Shown piece after piece: positions 57,852-64,000 of a DNA stretch of 64,000 nucleotides (positions within the stretch are counted from its first letter, which is position 1; each line of letters begins with the position of its first letter). This DNA comes from a virus (taxonomy: Duplodnaviria; Caudoviricetes): positions 8,158-72,157 of the IMG/VR virus record IMGVR_UViG_3300045599_000040; one strand, given 5' to 3'. Below the pieces are notes generated by a model that saw only the letters and a program-made list of their open reading frames with translations, was not told where the DNA came from and made no database searches. The translations under genes were made by a program, and so were the position numbers.

Positions 57852-60800
57852 ATAAAGGTCATCAAGATTACCAATGTGCTCTTCTAGATTGCCTTGTAAA
57901 ATGTTTTGTAATATCTTTGAGTATTCAAGATGCAGATTTAATGCATCTCGTTCCTTATTGTAGGCTTCTTTTATAGCAGCTACTTTGTTGTTTAGGATCT
58001 TAATTTGTTTGTCTTTAGCTTTTTCTAAGTTGTCAATTTCATCTTGAATAGCCTTTTTAACATCCTCACGTTTAAACTGCTCAAGCATTTTGTCACGTTC
58101 TTTTTCTAATTCTGCAACTTTTTCTTTGTTGTAGGTGAGGATTTTCTTTCCGTCTGCTGTAATATATTCAAATCGCTTATCATTCTTTGTCTTTTCTATT
58201 TCATCGTCTTTATCTCGAAGCTTTTGAATACGATCTTCCTTTTGATATTCTTCATCTAATAATTTTAATTTTTCTTTAAGCAGAGAAATCTGAGAATCAT
58301 ACATCTTATTTACATTTTCTACTTGTTGCTCAAGTTGACTCGTTTCTTTTTCATATAAGATTTCTCTATCACGAATTTCATTTGTTAAGCCTTTTTCTAG
58401 CTCTCTTAGTTTGTTAATTAGATCGATTTCTTGCTCAATGGCATCTTTAACAGAGTCTTTATCAGCGTACTTTCCATTTTTTAAATCTTCAATTAGTTTA
58501 TTTAGATCTAAAACATCCTTGGCAATATCATTTAAATCAGTAGAGGAGTCACCAATTTTGACTGTACCAAAATCAATTTCACCTTTGCTTAGGCGGTATA
58601 ATTCGTCATAAAACTTTTCTTGGTCAAAAGTAACATCTACTTTTAACTGATCTTTATAATAATCAATTTGCGCCTGACGTTCTTGTTGTAACAATTTAAT
58701 CTTTTCAGTAATAACCCTTACTTCTTGCTCATGAAGCGCTATTATTTGTTTTAACTCAGACCTAGCAGATGCTATTTGATCTCTCAGATTCTCAATGTAC
58801 TCTGATTCTTTGCGTATCGTTTTTTCTAATTCTCTTCTATTTTTAGTCGATGCATTTTGGAAATCTTCAAAGTCATATGCAACATCTCTAATAATATCTC
58901 TGAGATAATCTAATTCGTCTTCAAGATCTCGTATGGAGCGAGTAGGGGAGCTTGTATCAATATCTATAGTGATACCATTAGCTTTATTTTTTAATTCCTC
59001 TAATTCTTGATAAATTTGATCGAAGTCAAAGTTAAAATCGTCAAAATCAAATAAACTAGGTTCTTTTAGCAATCCACGTAATTCTTCAATTAACTTTTGA
59101 TTTTTCTCTCTAATACCTTGGATATACTGATTTTTTTGTTGTTCAATTACGCCAGCTATAGAATCTCGTATGCTTTGTTGTAACTGCTTGTGTGATGCAA
59201 TTTGCTGTTCGTATGCAAGAGAGAGTTGCATGGCATCTCTTTGTAACTGTTGATATAATTGTGATTCTTGAGATAGGCCTTGCATCTGCGCATAGCGCAA
59301 TTGTATTTCTCTAGCAAGACTTTCTTGGATTCGCTCCATCAGCATTAATTGAATTTGTAATTCGTTTGCATACTCAGCAGAAGTGTCTTTCATAGATGAC
59401 ATTCTTGTTTGAGAAAGCTGGAGTTGAGAGCGAAATTCTTCAGTTGCTTTGGATTGAGCACTGAAGGAACTTTCAATAAGTGAAAGTTTTTTGCTATCTA
59501 TGCTATTTTGAAATTGCAACCAAGACGATTGGAGATTTATAATTTTTTGTTCATAGTCGTCAAGTAATTTTAGTAATTCGTTGCGCTTTTCTTTGTCATT
59601 AGTTGTTGATAATTGCTTTTTAGTTTCTGCGACTAATTCTCGTATTCGATTCGCTTCATCATGTGTAGCATCTTGTTTCTGTTTTAATAAGTCAACTTGT
59701 TTTTGCAACTCATCACGGAAATGCTGAGATGTGTCGATATACTTAGACATTGCATGTTCAGATTTTTCTAGAGCAAGATTTAGAGAACTAATAGTCTCTT
59801 GATAGACATCTGAAACATAATCTTTAATCTCTTTTGCAGACTGTTTAGCCTTGGAGCCTGAAGCACCTTTGCCAGTGCCAAGATCAGGGGAGGAGATTGA
59901 TTTTTTTAGCAGTTCGATGAATTGTAATTGATTATGAATACTTTCGACTTCTGCTCTTGTATCACGTAGCCTTTGATTGAAGACTCCAGTGTCGAGTCCC
60001 ATCTCGTTTGCTTTTTGGTTTGCTTCTAGTTGTTTATCTATACCTGCCAAAGCAAGCATGGCATCTTTAACTGAGTTGATTGCTTGAATCTCAATACCAT
60101 AATTATTTAATTTTCCAATCAAAGTTTGTTGCTGATTTGTAAGAGTTTTTCTTTCAGCTTCTGCAATATCAGCAAATGCTTTAATTTTTTTATCTCTGAG
60201 TTCAGTAATAGCATCACGATTAACAGTGATCATACCATTCTCAAACTCAAACGCTTTAGCAAGCTCATGCTCTTTCATGACTAATTCTGCTGCTTTTTCA
60301 GCAGAGATAGATTTGCCTTCGCTTAAATCGGATAGGAGAGAGTTGAGTTCACCAATAATACTGGAAGATTCTTTATACTTGTCTGTAAGTTTTTCTATGG
60401 CGGTTTTATTACCTGTTACTAATTCTTCTTCTTCTCCTAATTCATCATTTAAATAAGAAGTAGAGGCTGCAAAATTATCTGTAGATTCTTTTGCTTTATC
60501 TTGCCCATTTTTAAAATTTTCTAATGCTATTTCAACTTTTTCTAATTCTTTTTCTTGATGTCCTAGTTCTTCTAATTCTTCAAATATTGTTATGTCACTA
60601 TTAAGTACTAAATTTTTTACTTTTGCATATTCATCTCTAGCAGCCATAACAGTTTTATATTGCTCAAGTAGTGCTTCTTTTAGTTCTTGATTTCCTTTTA
60701 TTCTTGCTATTCTTATTTCTTCGGCAATTTCTTCTAATTTTATTTTGGCTTTTTGCATTGCATCATCTACGCTTGACCAGCCGTATTTGTCTTCATAATC

Positions 60801-61639
60801 ACGAACTTTTTCTAATGCTTCTTTAACATCGCCAAGCAATGAGTCAACTTCTTTTTTCTTAGTTTCAATCTCATCTCTTACTTGCTGCAATTTTGTTTTA
60901 TTTATTACTTCAGCTAAATTAAGTTGCTCTTCTGATAATCTTCTTAAGCTAGATATATATCCGTCTACTTCTTTTGTATTGATACTGAGTGCATTTCCAT
61001 ACTCATCTACCTCAGTAACAAGTTGAGGCGCAATTCGTTTAATTGCCTCCATTACCTTTGCCAATTCTTCTTGCTTCTTAGTATTATTTTCTGCTTCTGG
61101 TTTTAATTTATTGTACTTTTCTATCAAAGATTCTAATGAATCTGCATCCGCTTTGGCTGCTTTAGCATTTTCTATTAAAGAATCTGTTGATTGAGCAGAG
61201 GCTTTCGATACTCCAATAAAAGCAGAGGCAATTAATTCGATAGCAACAATACCTGCGCCGATAAGCCCCATTGAAAGTTTTAAACCCTTAATAGATGTGT
61301 TTAGCGCAATCACAGCTTTGGTAGCAATTCCAAGTCCAACTGCTAATGCTGGTAAAAGAATGTTCCATCCATTTGTACTTTCTGTAACTTCAGAGAAGCC
61401 ACGAGTTATTGCTGTTAATGTTGCTACAATCCCTTTAAACAAATCAGTTAATAAAGCGTCTCCTAATACCAAGCTGAATTGCTGCCAAGTAGCCCGAAGG
61501 CGTTCAAGTCTAGCTTCTAATGATTTCATGTATTCCGCATTTTCTCGCATAGCAGAACCTTCAGAGTAGAGGGCTGCTTCTGTTGCATCTAATCCCATTT
61601 GATAGTTGTTCATTAGGGCTAAAAATCGGCTGAGTTGAT
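57852..61639 (-). CDS. Tape-measure protein, exon 3 up to the IS
   Basis: Y|QLSRFLALMNNY, SLEARLERLRATW, long coiled-coil heptads. Confidence 0.88.
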
Positions 61640-63110
61640 CAATTTTCTGTTACTTTCACCAATATGCATTGGCTACTGACTATGTATTAGTTTTAATACA
61701 TAGCGGAAATGGTACTTCCAAGAGTGTCTTTACACTCGACCATTTCTCTGCATCTTTTATAAAAAATTGGATTGTACATGCAGATCAGACTGTAACTTCA
61801 CCCCTTTTAATAGTAAATTAAAAGGGGGGTGTGCGTTCAGTCGTTACGGATTTCGGATTGTGAGAGATTTTTTATTATTTTATTTATTTTACGCAGATCT
61901 TTTCGGAACAGTTGAATTAATGTTATATTGTTATCATTGCATATATTAATTTTTTCGTTCATTTTATTTAAATAAAATGATTTTTCTGGCATTCCAAAGT
62001 ATTCCAAAACAATTTTATTGTTTATAAACCAATCACATCTTTTGTTCCCACAGCGATTATCATCAATAATATCTTTATAATATACTTCTTTTTTATAATT
62101 TATTTTATTTTTTATGAGGGCTTCAGTAATAATTAATTCTGCTTTTGAGAAGCAGATGTCACCATTGCTAGACAGATAAAATGACTCTTTGCCAAAAATA
62201 TTTATAGGATTTAATTCAAGTCCAGCTTTTAAACAAGCATTATTATATCCATTAAAATAACGATGATATGTTGCTAGCGCAGGTAAATCATCATTGTATT
62301 GCACTTCTTCAGAAGAAGGTGTCCTACCAAGCTTTTCTGCAAACTCCCTTAATTTTTCAATTAAATATTCTTCAGTATATTCTTTTCTTGATAAATTTTT
62401 TACTAGTCCAAGTTTATCTGCCTGACACTTTATTGCAGAAATAGTTCTATTAGGGAAAGATGTTTTTGACAAATCTTCGTTGTTATTACTAGAATAGAGT
62501 TTAATCAATAATTTATTTTCTTCATCTGTCCACTTTTCTCTAGAAACAAGCCCTAATCTATTTGCTTTTGTCATAATTGATGATTCAGTGCGACTAGGTA
62601 AGTATTTTTGTTTTAATTCTTCTATAGACATTGTTCCATAATATTTATTTAATATTTCAACTTCCTCTTTGGAGTATGTATTTCGTCTTGTTAAATTTAA
62701 TTCACAAGCCTTGTGTATTATCACATCTTTAGAGATAGGGTGGAGTTCTTTTAAAAGAATTTCCCATTCACAAGTAGCATAATTATTAAGAAGAAATTCA
62801 ATTTGTTTTTTATTCCATTTATTTCTCTTACGTGGAATGTTGTATTTATTTAATATTGAATACAATTTTCCAGATGATTTAAAATTATATTTTTCAATAA
62901 TTGCGCTAGGTTTCATACCAGATTTATAATCTTTAATTACTGATTTATCAATTTCTTTCACTTAATTCCTCCTTTTATATTTTGCTTTATTATATAATAA
63001 TATTGTCTCTCTCACAAGACGATCTTTCCTCGGTATTACCCATCCCTGGGCTTTCACCGATATGGCACACTAATAATCTAACCAATTACTTGATTAGACG
63101 GCATCATTTT
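61640..63110 (-). ncRNA. Group I intron in tape-measure gene (1471 nt) with endonuclease ORF
   Basis: Exon ends AGGT, intron ends ...AAAATTG; splicing gives LAGR-Y-QLSRF; ATATCGGTGAAAGC...GGTAATACCGAGG, AACGACTG, GTTACAGTCT core elements. Confidence 0.88.
61837..62961 (-). CDS. Intron-encoded endonuclease: Myb/HTH-like repeats, HNH-associated repeat, Vsr/PD-(D/E)xK-like domain
   Basis: KWNKKQIEFL, TYSKEEVEIL, KWTDEENKLL, EYTEEYL; LGRTPS...YFNGYNNAC..AGL; SKAE...CDWFI...VLEYFG. Confidence 0.7.
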   Translation of the reverse strand: MKEIDKSVIKDYKSGMKPSAIIEKYNFKSSGKLYSILNKYNIPRKRNKWNKKQIEFLLNNYATCEWEILLKELHPISKDVIIHKACELNLTRRNTYSKEEVEILNKYYGTMSIEELKQKYLPSRTESSIMTKANRLGLVSREKWTDEENKLLIKLYSSNNNEDLSKTSFPNRTISAIKCQADKLGLVKNLSRKEYTEEYLIEKLREFAEKLGRTPSSEEVQYNDDLPALATYHRYFNGYNNACLKAGLELNPINIFGKESFYLSSNGDICFSKAELIITEALIKNKINYKKEVYYKDIIDDNRCGNKRCDWFINNKIVLEYFGMPEKSFYLNKMNEKINICNDNNITLIQLFRKDLRKINKIIKNLSQSEIRND

Positions 63111-63463
63111 ACCTTCCAGCCAAGGAAACTGCTATATTTTGTTGTTGTTCGGTTGATAAAGTATTCCATTTTTTTGCTAATTCATCAATAATTAATGAAG
63201 CTGATTTCATTTCGTCAGAAGAATCTTTAACGCTAATACCAATGCTTGCTAATGCATCAATGGAACTATCCATAGTGGTTAGACGAGAGTAGATCGTTTT
63301 CAATGAGTTTCCAACAATATTTCCCGACTCACGAGTGGCGACTCCAATTGCGGTTATGTGTCCGACTAATTCCTCCAATTCAACACCGAAGGTCTTAGCT
63401 GTGGAACCAGCTTTCATGATTCCAAGAGCTAGGTCTTTAGTTGAGATTGCGAAGTTGTTATCT
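63111..63463 (-). CDS. Tape-measure protein, exon 2
   Basis: DNNFAISTKDLALGIMKAG, TRESGNIVGNSLKTIYSR (phage tape-measure domain). Confidence 0.88.
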
Positions 63464-64000
63464 CGATCTGTTACTTTCGGAATTTCGCCTATTCCTACTG
63501 ACTATATCAAGAATAGATATAGCGGAAATGGTACTTCCAAGAGTGTCTTTACACTCAACCATTTCTCTGCACCTTCTTTAAATAGGTTATAGTGCAGTCC
63601 AGACTGGATCTTCACCCCTCAAAGAGAGGGGGCTTGGCGTACAGTCGTTGCGGATTCTTGTTTATTAATTATCTGATTGATTATTTTCCCCATAAAATAA
63701 TCAATATCATTTTTAATTTCTGTTTCCCAAATTATATAGACATCATAACCCATTTTTCTTATATGAGCATTTCTTCTTTTATCTCTTTTAATATTACTAA
63801 TTTGAATTTCATTTAGTTCTGTTTTATTATTTGAGTAAATTTCAGGATTACCATGCCAATAATCTCCATAGACTTCAATAATAGAATTGAACTCCTTTAA
63901 ATAAAAATCTGCGAAGTATGTATTTTCTATAATATACTCTTGTATATATATGATATTATTTTGATCTAGATATTCTCTAACCATTTTTTCGGGCAAAGTT
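63464..64000 (-). ncRNA. Second group I intron in tape-measure gene, 3' part (5' end outside the window)
   Basis: CAACGACTG and GATCCAGTCT core elements; ends ...CAGATCG before A GAT AAC (consistent with GT|A = Val); 3' domain nearly identical to the other TMP intron. Confidence 0.82.
63619..64000 (-). CDS. Intron-encoded Vsr-like (EDxHD/DUF559-type) endonuclease, C-terminal part
   Basis: PEKMV, FADFY, IEVYGDYWHG, IIWE; ORF runs into P7/P8. Confidence 0.75.
   Translation of the reverse strand, partial: TLPEKMVREYLDQNNIIYIQEYIIENTYFADFYLKEFNSIIEVYGDYWHGNPEIYSNNKTELNEIQISNIKRDKRRNAHIRKMGYDVYIIWETEIKNDIDYFMGKIINQIINKQESATTVRQAPSL

Noticed and set aside
62982-63191. + strand 69-aa ORF and other short ORFs within introns
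   Set aside because: They overlap intron structural elements on the opposite strand and lack RBSs
52-63816. Numerous opposite-strand or alternate-frame ORFs in the track (e.g. 3237-3624, 6859-7239, 11031-11480, 24356-24805, 42280-42681, 51104-51445, 57248-57667)
   Set aside because: Fully nested in well-supported genes with no motifs; typical shadow ORFs
1-64000. CRISPR arrays, tRNA/rRNA genes, reverse transcriptase or DGR repeats
   Set aside because: No regularly spaced direct repeats, cloverleaf signatures or RT motifs seen by eye; tRNAscan and CRISPR finders would be decisive

Overview
AT-rich, SPbeta-like large temperate phage (or prophage) of a Bacillales host; the genus cannot be fixed from sequence alone. 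The + strand (1-43.4 kb) carries replication genes (RecJ-like, DnaE, RecD2), nucleotide metabolism (ATP-cone NrdB, NrdA, MazG-like, ThyA, DHFR, Tdk), many small accessory ORFs, an RNA-repair/nucleotidyl-transfer island (Hen1, Pnkp, three nucleotidyltransferases, kinase-HD, metallophosphatase, two CYTH), a RusA-like resolvase and a large serine integrase followed by an apparently intact attP. The - strand (44.3-64 kb) carries the lysis cassette, tail/baseplate genes and the tape-measure gene. Four group I introns were resolved to the nucleotide: dnaE 2227-2737, nrdA 15445-16485, tape measure 61640-63110 and 63464 to beyond the window end. An IS21 (55436-57851, 7-bp target duplication) also interrupts the tape-measure gene. 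Signals not explained by the gene list: (1) a recurrent TAAAA-N6-TTTTA(A)xTG palindrome at accessory-gene junctions, often starting on the upstream stop codon, resembling tyrosine-recombinase cassette sites; (2) two tandem pairs of NrdR-box-like sites, one ahead of the thymidylate genes and one ahead of the lysis cassette; (3) a phage-borne Pnkp-Hen1 repair island. All protein calls come from motif recognition, not database searches.
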